NCBI GenBank assembly: GCA_016235455.1
Contig: JACRKZ010000008.1
Coordinates: 1 to 64,000, forward strand
Direction: 5' to 3'
DNA length: 64,000 nucleotides
Source of the DNA: Armatimonadota bacterium
GTDB lineage: Bacteria; Armatimonadota; UBA10988
Shown piece by piece: positions 19,643-27,571 of the stretch; position 1 is the first letter of the stretch, and every line of letters begins with the position of its first letter. Below the pieces are notes generated by a model. The model was given only the letters and a program-made list of their open reading frames with translations, was not told the origin of the DNA and ran no database searches. A program made the translations under genes and the position numbers.

Positions 19643-20392
19643 TCACACCCGTCGCAACGGCCGCCAGATGCCCACCACCACGCCGTGCAAGCGCAACTGG
19701 GTGGGGTGGATGTCGGGGTGGAACCGCCGACCATGGACGTCGGCGCTCTGGTTGTCGCAAGACAACCAGCTCCGATCGCCGCTCTGGCGCAAGCGCTTGA
19801 TGCCGCTTTGCCACTCGCCGGCCTCGTCGCAGTAGCTGCAGACTACCACATCATGGTCCCGCGCCGACTCGGCAAACACGCAGATCGCCTCGTCGCCGTC
19901 GTCCATGGTCGGCATCATGCAGTCGCCGTCGGCGGTGACCACGAAATCACCGGAATCCGAGCGCACCACGGTGTGTGGCTCGTCGGGCTCGAACTGCGGC
20001 GCCGAGCCCGCGGGCACCGCACCCAGATGCAGCCGCGGCAGTCGAATGCCGCCCGACAGCCCACTGCTGTCCAGCGCGCTGACCGACCGCATGAAGGCCC
20101 GCACGGCCCGCGCCGCGAACTGCTCGGGCGCCAGCCGGCCGGTGAGCACATGCTCCGCGGTCACCGGCACGCCCGACACCTCGGCCAACGCCGCCGCCAC
20201 GGCGACCACCGTCTTCTTTTGAGCCCAGTCACGACGTTTCATGTCCCAGAAGCGGTTGTAGCTCAAGCCCAAGCGCTCGATCAGCGCCTCGTCGGACACG
20301 CCCAACTCGGCCTGCAGGGCCTCGATGTGACGACCCAGGTGAACCTCGCCAAGGCGCTCTGTTGAGCCGATATCCGCTGTCTCCATGGCCAT
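19643..20392 (-). CDS. XRE-type HTH plus S24 (LexA/CI-like) repressor with Cys at the catalytic Ser position
   Basis: HTH 'LGRHIEALQAELGVSDEALIERLGLSYNRFWDMKR'; Ala-Gly site GAVPAG; GDCM instead of GDSM; catalytic Lys in IKRL; C-terminal LHGVVVGIWR. Confidence 0.85.
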   Translation of the reverse strand: MAMETADIGSTERLGEVHLGRHIEALQAELGVSDEALIERLGLSYNRFWDMKRRDWAQKKTVVAVAAALAEVSGVPVTAEHVLTGRLAPEQFAARAVRAFMRSVSALDSSGLSGGIRLPRLHLGAVPAGSAPQFEPDEPHTVVRSDSGDFVVTADGDCMMPTMDDGDEAICVFAESARDHDVVVCSYCDEAGEWQSGIKRLRQSGDRSWLSCDNQSADVHGRRFHPDIHPTQLRLHGVVVGIWRPLRRV

Positions 20393-20416
20393 CACGCCAC
20401 TCCGCTGACGACCTTC

Positions 20417-20482
20417 AGGATAGCACCCCACCCCACTCCGCGTCAACGCGCTCTTGACGAATGCAAACAGATGTTCTACTCT
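20417..20482. promoter_or_regulatory. Back-to-back sigma70 promoters with a SOS-box-like site
   Basis: Plus: TTGACG (20454-59), 17 bp, TACTCT (20477-82), with AAAC-AGAT-GTTC (20465-76) in the spacer. Minus: TTGACG (20446-41), 18 bp, TG-C-TATCCT (hexamer 20422-17). Confidence 0.75.
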
Positions 20483-20522
20483 CTGATTGGGAGTGGCGGC
20501 TCAACAAGACAGGAGACTCGTC

Positions 20523-21233
20523 GTGAGACAAGCGGGGAAGCAGCAGAGCTGGCCGGAGTGTGACAGCGAGGCCGAATGGGCGCTCTGGGGGCCACGACTG
20601 CGGTTGCTGTGGCGGCGGCGGCAGGTGTGGTTGCGGTACTTCGTGCGCGTCACCGGCAGTTGGGCCGACGCGGAGGATCTGCTCAGCTCGCTGGTGCTGC
20701 GCGTGATGCAGGACGGCCTGGGCGACGAGGCCGGCGATGAGCTGGAGCTGTGGCTGCGTGACACGGCGCGCGCAGTGGCCTGGAACTGGCAGCGTGCTCG
20801 CCAGCGGCGTGAGGAGCTGGTCGCGCAGATGGCCGGGCAGGCGTTGCCGTGGGACCGTTACGACCCAGAACTGGGGCCCGGCGACGCCGGGGCCGATCCC
20901 GCGAACGTGGCCTTGCGCCGGCTCGACGCGGTGGCGCTGCGCGAGGCGCTGGCGCGCCTGCCGCGGCGGCACCGGCAGATTCTGGCGCAGGTGGCCGAGG
21001 GCCTGAGCCTGCGCGCCATCGCGCGGGGCCGGCGATGGACGCTACGGCGCGCGGTGGCGGCGTTGGCCGAGGCGCGCTCGCGGCTGCTCAGTCAGTTGCC
21101 GGCCGAACAAGCCACGGCACTGTCGGCGGCGCTCCAGCCGCATCGGCCAGCTGCCGCACGACGGACACGAAGGCTGGTGGCGGCGCGCACTCAAAGACCA
21201 GGGGCCGACCATCGGCCGGATGCAGGAAGCTGA
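20523..21233 (+). CDS. ECF-like sigma-70 family factor
   Basis: Region 2-like 'LRYFVRVTGSWADAEDLLSSLVLRV..ELWLRDTARAVA'; region 4-like 'LREALARLPRRHRQIL..EGLSLRAIA..LAEARSRL'; AGGAG RBS before GTG. Confidence 0.75.
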   Translation: MRQAGKQQSWPECDSEAEWALWGPRLRLLWRRRQVWLRYFVRVTGSWADAEDLLSSLVLRVMQDGLGDEAGDELELWLRDTARAVAWNWQRARQRREELVAQMAGQALPWDRYDPELGPGDAGADPANVALRRLDAVALREALARLPRRHRQILAQVAEGLSLRAIARGRRWTLRRAVAALAEARSRLLSQLPAEQATALSAALQPHRPAAARRTRRLVAARTQRPGADHRPDAGS

Positions 21234-22092
21234 GGCGGATGGCGTGCAGCGCCTGCCCGGGCAGCCCCTCGACCGCCTCGGCCAGCGCCGTCGGCCAGAC
21301 CGCGCTCTTGGCCCGGCGCTGGCCGTAGACTGGGTCGCCCAGCAGCGGCAGGCCGAGGTGCGTGGCGTGGACCCGCACCTGGTGCGTGCGGCCGGTGTCG
21401 AGGTCGGCGGTCAGCAGCGCGGCCAGCCCGTAGCGGGCCAGCACGCGGAAGTGAGTGCGCGCCGGCCGGCCGGTCTCGATCACGGCCTGCTGGAGGCGCT
21501 GCGTCGGGTGCCGCCCAAGGGGCGCGTCGACGACGGTCTCCTCCCAGTCGGGCTCGCCATAGACCAGCGCCAGGTAGCGTCGCTTCATGGCGCGGCTGGC
21601 CAGTTGGCCCGCGAGGCCGCGATGGGCGACATCGTTCTTGGCGGCGACCAGCAGGCCCGTCGTGTCACGGTCCAGTCGATGCACGATGCCCGGCCGCAGC
21701 GTGCCGCCAATGCCCGACAGGTCGGTGCAATGCGCCAGCAGGGCGTTGACCAGTGTGCCTTCCCAGTGGCCGCGCGCCGGGTGGGTGACCATGCCGGCGG
21801 GCTTGTTGATGACGATCAGGTCGGCGTCCTCGTAGACCACGCGCAGGTCGATGGCCTCGGGCCGGATCTCGCTCTCCTGGGGCTGCGCGATGGTCAGGCT
21901 GACGCGCTGACCAGCGCGCAGCAGCGTGCGTGGCTTGGCCGGCTGGCCGTCGACCAGGACGTCGCCGGCATCGATGGCGCGGTGCGCGGCGGAGCGGCTG
22001 AGATCGGGCAGTGCGCGCGCCAGGTAGACGTCGAGTCGGGTGCCGGCGGACTCGGTGTCGACGGTCAGCTGATGGGCCGGCTCGTCACTCAT
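21088..22092 (-). CDS. rluD: RluA/RluD family 23S rRNA pseudouridine synthase
   Basis: S4 domain 'RLDVYLA..SRS'; NKPAGMVTHP; GIVHRLDRDTTG; TGRTHQVRVH; QALHA. Confidence 0.92.
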   Translation of the reverse strand: MSDEPAHQLTVDTESAGTRLDVYLARALPDLSRSAAHRAIDAGDVLVDGQPAKPRTLLRAGQRVSLTIAQPQESEIRPEAIDLRVVYEDADLIVINKPAGMVTHPARGHWEGTLVNALLAHCTDLSGIGGTLRPGIVHRLDRDTTGLLVAAKNDVAHRGLAGQLASRAMKRRYLALVYGEPDWEETVVDAPLGRHPTQRLQQAVIETGRPARTHFRVLARYGLAALLTADLDTGRTHQVRVHATHLGLPLLGDPVYGQRRAKSAVWPTALAEAVEGLPGQALHAIRLSFLHPADGRPLVFECAPPPAFVSVVRQLADAAGAPPTVPWLVRPATD

Positions 22093-22649
22093 GAGGTGAG
22101 TTGGTCGGCGGGCGCGCCGCGCTGCTCGCGTTGCTCGCGCCAGTCGCACCACAGCGTGTGGACGACATAGAGGCACATGCCGCAGGTGACACCGATGTCG
22201 GCCACGTTGAAGTCGGGGAAGATGTAGCGCGACTGCCCGCCAGTGGGCAGGTAGACGCGGATGAAGTCGACCACCAGGCCACCGCGGAACACGCGGTCGA
22301 TGAGGTTGCCCAGGGCGCCCGCGGCCACCAGGGCCAGCCCAAGCCGCTGCGGACGCGGCAGCGCCCACACGCGCCGGCGGCAGACAATCAGCACGAGCAG
22401 CGCGCCGACGGCCACGGAGGCCAGGATATAGCGGCCCCCGGCCTGCTGGTTGAGCATGCCGAAGGCCGCGCCGGAGTTCCGGCTGTGGGTCAGCTCGAAC
22501 CAACCGGGGATGATCGTCCGCAGGACGCCACCTGAAGCACCGCCGGCGACGACCATCGACTTGGTGATCTGGTCGAGAATGACCCAGGCCACGGCCAAGC
22601 CGAGGAAGCTACGCGCCGGGGAGCCCGATCGGATCGAGTCCGAGGCCAC
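22089..22649 (-). CDS. lspA: Lipoprotein signal peptidase II
   Basis: DQITK, NSGAAFG, GALGNLIDR, VVDFI, FNVAD. Confidence 0.92.
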   Translation of the reverse strand: MASDSIRSGSPARSFLGLAVAWVILDQITKSMVVAGGASGGVLRTIIPGWFELTHSRNSGAAFGMLNQQAGGRYILASVAVGALLVLIVCRRRVWALPRPQRLGLALVAAGALGNLIDRVFRGGLVVDFIRVYLPTGGQSRYIFPDFNVADIGVTCGMCLYVVHTLWCDWREQREQRGAPADQLTS

Positions 22650-22651
22650 GG

Positions 22652-23038
22652 CTAGCCCTCTTCCAGCATGGTCTGGCAATCGACACAGGTCGAGACCCAG
22701 GGGATGCGCTCCAGGCGCTCCTCGGGAATCTCCACGCCGCACATCTCGCAGATGCCGTACGAACCATCGTCGATGCGGTCCATGGCAAAGTCGATCTGGT
22801 TCAGCGTCAGTTGAACGTTATGGCTCAACTGCTGGTCCTTCTCACGCTCGGACGCCTGGGCAGCGATGTCGGCCGGCACATCGTCGCTCTCCGAGAAGCC
22901 CTCCATGGAGTCCTTGGCTTGTCGCGAATTGTCGGCCAGCTCTTTGTCGATGCGGACCAGCCGCTCCTGCTCGTCCTTGAGCAGCGAGCGGTAGTACACC
23001 TGATCCAGGTCCGGGCGCATCACCGTAGTGTCACTCAT
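22652..23038 (-). CDS. DksA/TraR family C4 zinc-finger protein
   Basis: Coiled coil followed by GSYGICEMCG..ERLERIPW..CVDC; AGGAGAGG RBS. Confidence 0.88.
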   Translation of the reverse strand: MSDTTVMRPDLDQVYYRSLLKDEQERLVRIDKELADNSRQAKDSMEGFSESDDVPADIAAQASEREKDQQLSHNVQLTLNQIDFAMDRIDDGSYGICEMCGVEIPEERLERIPWVSTCVDCQTMLEEG

Positions 23039-23049
23039 CGCGCCTCTCC

Positions 23050-23925
23050 TCACTCTCTTGTCAACGGCCACGTCGCCACGTAAGCCGCCAGAGCCTCGAG
23101 CTCACCGCGCGGTGCGCTCAGGCCGGCTCCCACCCAACGCGCCGTACTCAGCACCGACCAGGCCGGCCTGGGCGCTGGCGCGCCGTAGGCCGCACTGGTC
23201 ACCGGCTCAATGGGCACCTCGGTGCCCATTGCCGCTTGCACTGCCTGGGCGAACTCGTACCACGAGCTGCCTCCCGCATTACAGAAGTGGTAGGTGCCCC
23301 ATGGGGGCCGCTTGGTTACTACCTCCAACAGGGCCGCCGCCAGATCGACACTGTAGGTCCGCGCGCAGATCTGGTCCGCGACGACTCGCAACGGCTCTCC
23401 ACGCCTCAAGCGCGCCGCGACGGCGTCCACGAAGTTGCGGCCGCCGGCGCCAAACAGCCCCGAGGTGCGCACCACGTAGGCCCGCTCGGCCAGCGCGAGC
23501 ACCGCCTGCTCGCCGCCCAGCTTGGTCAGGCCATAGACACTCCGCGGTGCCGCCGGTTCCGCCGGTTCGTAGGCCTGATCGGACTCGCCGTCGAACACAT
23601 GGTCAGTGCTCACCTGCACCAACTCGATGCCCCGCCGCTGGGTCTCCGCGGCGAGCACGGCCGGGCCCGTGGCATTAGCCGCCAGGGCCGCCGCGGGCGC
23701 GGTCTGCGCGCCATCCACGTTGGTGTACGCCGCCGCGTTGATGACCACGTCGGGTGCCAGCTCGTCCAGAATGCCTGAGACGTCGGCGCGAAGGGTGATG
23801 TCAACCTCGGCGCGCGTCACACCCGTCGCGCCTATATCGTCCAGGCGCGCCGCTTCCTGAAGGATGGCGCGGCCCAGCAGGCCGCCAGCTCCCGTCACGA
23901 GCACTCTGCGCTGCCGCGCCACCAT
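23050..23925 (-). CDS. rfbD: dTDP-4-dehydrorhamnose reductase
   Basis: VTGAGGLLG, NAAAYTNVD, STDHVFDG, YGLTK, APRP. Confidence 0.9.
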   Translation of the reverse strand: MVARQRRVLVTGAGGLLGRAILQEAARLDDIGATGVTRAEVDITLRADVSGILDELAPDVVINAAAYTNVDGAQTAPAAALAANATGPAVLAAETQRRGIELVQVSTDHVFDGESDQAYEPAEPAAPRSVYGLTKLGGEQAVLALAERAYVVRTSGLFGAGGRNFVDAVAARLRRGEPLRVVADQICARTYSVDLAAALLEVVTKRPPWGTYHFCNAGGSSWYEFAQAVQAAMGTEVPIEPVTSAAYGAPAPRPAWSVLSTARWVGAGLSAPRGELEALAAYVATWPLTRE

Positions 23926-24256
23926 GGCCGGCTCCTCCCAATGGCTCCACGTCGGGCAAGTCGAGTATCAACGTTACTCTCAGCCCTCTTGTTCCCCGCG
24001 CGACCCGCGGTCAAGCCACCCTCCAACGTCCAGCCGACAAGCGTTGTTCACATTCGCACGCGATTGGGTATCGCGCGCGGGGGTACAGGTGCACGCTGGC
24101 GGACCGAAGGAGGTATTGTGGATCACATGCGCCATGGCGTCGACGTCGATTGCGAGCCAAAATGGTCTTGAAACCGGCGACGGCTCCGTGGCGTCTGCTG
24201 TTGGCAGCCGGCTCCGGTCGGATGGTGTCGGGAGAGAACCTGTGCAGGCTCGATCG

Positions 24257-27200
24257 ATGGTGCGCTACGCCCTGTTGGTGCTCGCCGCGAGCGTCATGGC
24301 CCAGGCGGCCACTGTCACGCTCAGAACGGTGGCCGAGGACGCCGGCGCCAGCTACAAGGTCAAAACCCGCATCGAGGGTGCCTGGGCCGCGGGCACCATG
24401 GTCGAGATCCAACTCGACTCGGACGGTGCCGACCAGTCACACGTGCTGCAAATGTCGGCGCTGCGCAGCCAGTTCGTGCGCCGCGACACCGACCGCGACA
24501 CGGTCCTGGCCACGGTCAACCGCGTGCCCACCGACATCAGCCCGCTGGACGTGCTGGTCAGTCGCGACGACTGGCGCATGAACCTCATTGTCGCCGGCGA
24601 GGTCTGGTTGACCGCCTGCGACGAGTCGTTCGACAAGCATGAGGTGGCCATCGGCAGTTCGGACACCGACATCAAGTTCGTCGACCCGACCGTGCAGCCC
24701 ACCGAAGCCATCTGGTTCGAGGACGACTTCATGCGCGATACCGCCCAGCATGGCGACTGGCAGGTGCGCCGCGGCACTTGGTCGCCCAGCGGCGTGAGCG
24801 AGGATGACGCCAAGCCCGAGAAGCGGCCCGAGGCCAGCAAGTCGAGCAACCCGTTCGCCTACCGCGTGCGCCAACCCGAAGGCGGCGGCGTGGCCACGGC
24901 CGGCCAGTGGTACTGGGACAACTACCGCTTCAACACCTCGGTCCGTGCCACCGGCGAGGGCACCATCGGGCTGCTGGCCTATGTGCAGCCCGAGAAGGAG
25001 AGCTGGCTGGCGTTCGAGTGGGACTACGGCGCGGAGGGCACCGAGCGCCGGCTGGTGGCGGTGCAGGACGGTCGCCGTACCGTGCTGTCCAGCGCGCCGG
25101 GCGGCTGGGCCGACGACCAGTGGTACCGCATCGGCCTGGAGGTCATCGACGGCCAGTTGACCGCGTTCATCGACGGCCTGCCGGTCCTGTCTGCTCGCTC
25201 GGACCTGTATGGCCAGGGCGCCGTGGGCCTGTTTGGCAACGGTGTGCGCTGGGCCGACTACGACGACGTCACCGTGCAGTCCGATGTGGAACTGCGCGAC
25301 GAGTTCATGACCGACTCCGCGGGCCGCTGGCGCGCGTTGAAGGGCACCTTCGCCACCAACCCCGCCGGCCGTTGCCCACGGCTGGCCGGCGAGACGCTGC
25401 CCAGCGCCGGGCTCGGCGTGATGGAAGTCAAGAGCGGCCCGCTGCTGGCCGTCAGCGGCGCGCGGGCCTGGGGCGACTACAAGGTCAGCGCCGTGGGCCG
25501 CGCCAACGGCGCGGGTCGCTTTGGCGTCATCGCCTGCGAGCAGGACGAGAAGAATTACTGGGGCATGGAGTGTGGCGGCAACGTCGTCAACATCTTCCGC
25601 GTGCGCGGCGGCACGCGGCGTGATATGCCGTTCACCACCATGCTCACCGCCGGCACCGCCCACAGCGTGGCCATCGAGGTGCGCGACGACCTGCTCAAGT
25701 TCTGGCTCGACGGCGTGCCCTGCTCGTCGACCCTCGATGTCGAGATGCACACCGGCCGCGTCGGTCTCATCGCCAGCGGCAGCGACGTGGTCTTCGACCG
25801 CGCCAGCGTGCAGACCATGGTGTCCGACCCGCCGGTCGAGTTCACCGAGCAGTTCACCCACGAGGACACCATGGCCGGCTGGGCCAGCCCGGAGGGCTCG
25901 TGGTACGCCGATGAGGTGTCCCAGCGCGGCGGCGTGCTGTGGCATCGCGGCCTGTTCTACAACGACAGCGAGATGACCCTGGACGGCAGCCAGTTCGGCG
26001 GCTCGCCGCGCACGGCCCGCATGATCCTCTGCGGCGACGGCCTGAACGCGGCCAGCGGGTTCGCGCTGACCGTGGTGCAGCCCAAGTCTGGCGACCGCGG
26101 CGTGGTGCTCGACCTGGCCGTCAACGGCCAGAGCGTGCGCCGCACGTCCGAGACCGATCTGGTGCAGTTGCCGGCCGACAAGACCGTGCGCTTCGCGGTG
26201 CATGGCTATGTGCTGACCGGCTCGGTGGGCGACAAGTGCGTGGTGGCCCACGACCTGAGCCTGGGCGGCGCCAACGCGGCCCGCGGCAACTGCGCCGGTG
26301 TGCTGGCCCGCGGGTTCGAGGTCGACCTGGCCAAGATCGACGCCCGCAGCCTCAATCGCTACGACACGACGTTCGTCAAGGCACCGTGGGAGTGGCAGAG
26401 CGGCAAGGGCCTGTGGGAGACCGTCAACCGCTGGAAGTGCGACCCGCGCTGGTCGTTCTTCGGCGGTTACAAGAACCCCAACCCGCTCATGTGGACCAAG
26501 GCCGACTACTTTGGCGACCAGCAAGTCGAGGCCTACATGGCCATCAAGATGGACATGCCGGGACCGCCCTACTACCTGCACCCGAGCAACCTGGGCGTAA
26601 CCCTGGGCGGCAACGGCCGCGACGTGCTGAGCGGCGTGACGCTGCTCTTCGCCGCGCGCAACAACACCTGCTCGCTGCTCTACCGCGATGGCATTCTGGT
26701 CGGCGAGAACAAGGACCCCGGCGCCAAGTTCGCCCATGTCGGCCCCCAGGGCGAAGGGCTGACCAAGTTCCACCGCCACTGGTTCCACCTGGTGCTGCGC
26801 CGCGTGGGCGGCAAGATCCAGGCCTTCTGCGACGACAAGCTGCTGTTCGACGTGCCCGATACCGGCCCGACCACGGCGCGGCCCGGCAAGGTCGGCATCT
26901 TCGGCGTCGACAACGGCGTCATGGTGTCGCGCGTCAAGCTCTGGTACCAGGCGCAGATGCCGGTCCCCACGGCCTTCCCCGACCTGGCCGCCCTGCACGC
27001 CTCGGCCGATCCCGGCAGCACCTCGGGTGACCCGTTCGCCAACGACTTCGAGGGCGGCATCGGCCACTTCACCCAGGAGTCAACCGACGCGCCAGTGCTG
27101 CTCACGCGGGCCAGCGAGAACGTGGTCTCGGGCCGCAGTTGCCTCAAGGCCATCAACCTGTCCACTGGCGGCACGTTCGGCGTCAACGCGGTCAGCCAGC

Positions 27201-27571
27201 CGTTCACGCTGGCCGACCGACCGCGGCTGCGCTTCCGCTTCTGCGCGCCGCGTGGCACGCGCACCAACCTGTACTTCTACACCCGCGACAACTGCTATGC
27301 GCTGCCACTGACCGGCGGCGACGAGCACGACAAGGACATCAAGGCCCTGCGCAAGGTCCCCGGCATCGTGGCCAACGGCCTGTGGCAGGTGGTCAACGTC
27401 GACCTGCCCAGCCTGCTGCAGGCGGCCGGCGTCTCGCCGACGACCAGCATCGAGCGCGTGGCGTTCGGCTGTACGCGGGGTTTGGCGAGAACATGTTCGG
27501 GGCGGCCTGGTATCTGGATGATTGGTATCTGGGGCGCTAGTCCTCCAGCCCGGCCAGGCAGCGCGCGGTAA
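24257..27571 (+). CDS. Large secreted multi-domain ConA/LamG/DUF1080-like protein; probable frameshift near 27470 (likely true end 27540)
   Basis: Signal peptide MVRYALLVLAASVMAQA; repeated beta-sandwich motifs such as 'WYRIGLEV..FIDG..G.VGL..YDDVTV'; the alternate frame gives a more natural end, YAGFGENMFGAAWYLDDWYLGR*. Confidence 0.7.
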   Translation: MVRYALLVLAASVMAQAATVTLRTVAEDAGASYKVKTRIEGAWAAGTMVEIQLDSDGADQSHVLQMSALRSQFVRRDTDRDTVLATVNRVPTDISPLDVLVSRDDWRMNLIVAGEVWLTACDESFDKHEVAIGSSDTDIKFVDPTVQPTEAIWFEDDFMRDTAQHGDWQVRRGTWSPSGVSEDDAKPEKRPEASKSSNPFAYRVRQPEGGGVATAGQWYWDNYRFNTSVRATGEGTIGLLAYVQPEKESWLAFEWDYGAEGTERRLVAVQDGRRTVLSSAPGGWADDQWYRIGLEVIDGQLTAFIDGLPVLSARSDLYGQGAVGLFGNGVRWADYDDVTVQSDVELRDEFMTDSAGRWRALKGTFATNPAGRCPRLAGETLPSAGLGVMEVKSGPLLAVSGARAWGDYKVSAVGRANGAGRFGVIACEQDEKNYWGMECGGNVVNIFRVRGGTRRDMPFTTMLTAGTAHSVAIEVRDDLLKFWLDGVPCSSTLDVEMHTGRVGLIASGSDVVFDRASVQTMVSDPPVEFTEQFTHEDTMAGWASPEGSWYADEVSQRGGVLWHRGLFYNDSEMTLDGSQFGGSPRTARMILCGDGLNAASGFALTVVQPKSGDRGVVLDLAVNGQSVRRTSETDLVQLPADKTVRFAVHGYVLTGSVGDKCVVAHDLSLGGANAARGNCAGVLARGFEVDLAKIDARSLNRYDTTFVKAPWEWQSGKGLWETVNRWKCDPRWSFFGGYKNPNPLMWTKADYFGDQQVEAYMAIKMDMPGPPYYLHPSNLGVTLGGNGRDVLSGVTLLFAARNNTCSLLYRDGILVGENKDPGAKFAHVGPQGEGLTKFHRHWFHLVLRRVGGKIQAFCDDKLLFDVPDTGPTTARPGKVGIFGVDNGVMVSRVKLWYQAQMPVPTAFPDLAALHASADPGSTSGDPFANDFEGGIGHFTQESTDAPVLLTRASENVVSGRSCLKAINLSTGGTFGVNAVSQPFTLADRPRLRFRFCAPRGTRTNLYFYTRDNCYALPLTGGDEHDKDIKALRKVPGIVANGLWQVVNVDLPSLLQAAGVSPTTSIERVAFGCTRGLARTCSGRPGIWMIGIWGASPPARPGSAR

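Noticed and set aside
19643-20392. Calling the repressor the canonical lexA
   Set aside because: The N-terminus looks XRE-type and lacks the LexA winged-helix pattern (LT.RQ..PPS.REI).
19643-21233. Prophage
   Set aside because: A CI-like repressor is present, but there are no integrase, replication, structural or lysis genes and no att repeats; the flanks are housekeeping genes.
23926-24256. Riboswitch in the long intergenic regions (also 17496-17695, 42191-42416, 59279-59465)
   Set aside because: I recognised no riboswitch consensus by eye. An Rfam/Infernal scan would be needed to exclude one.
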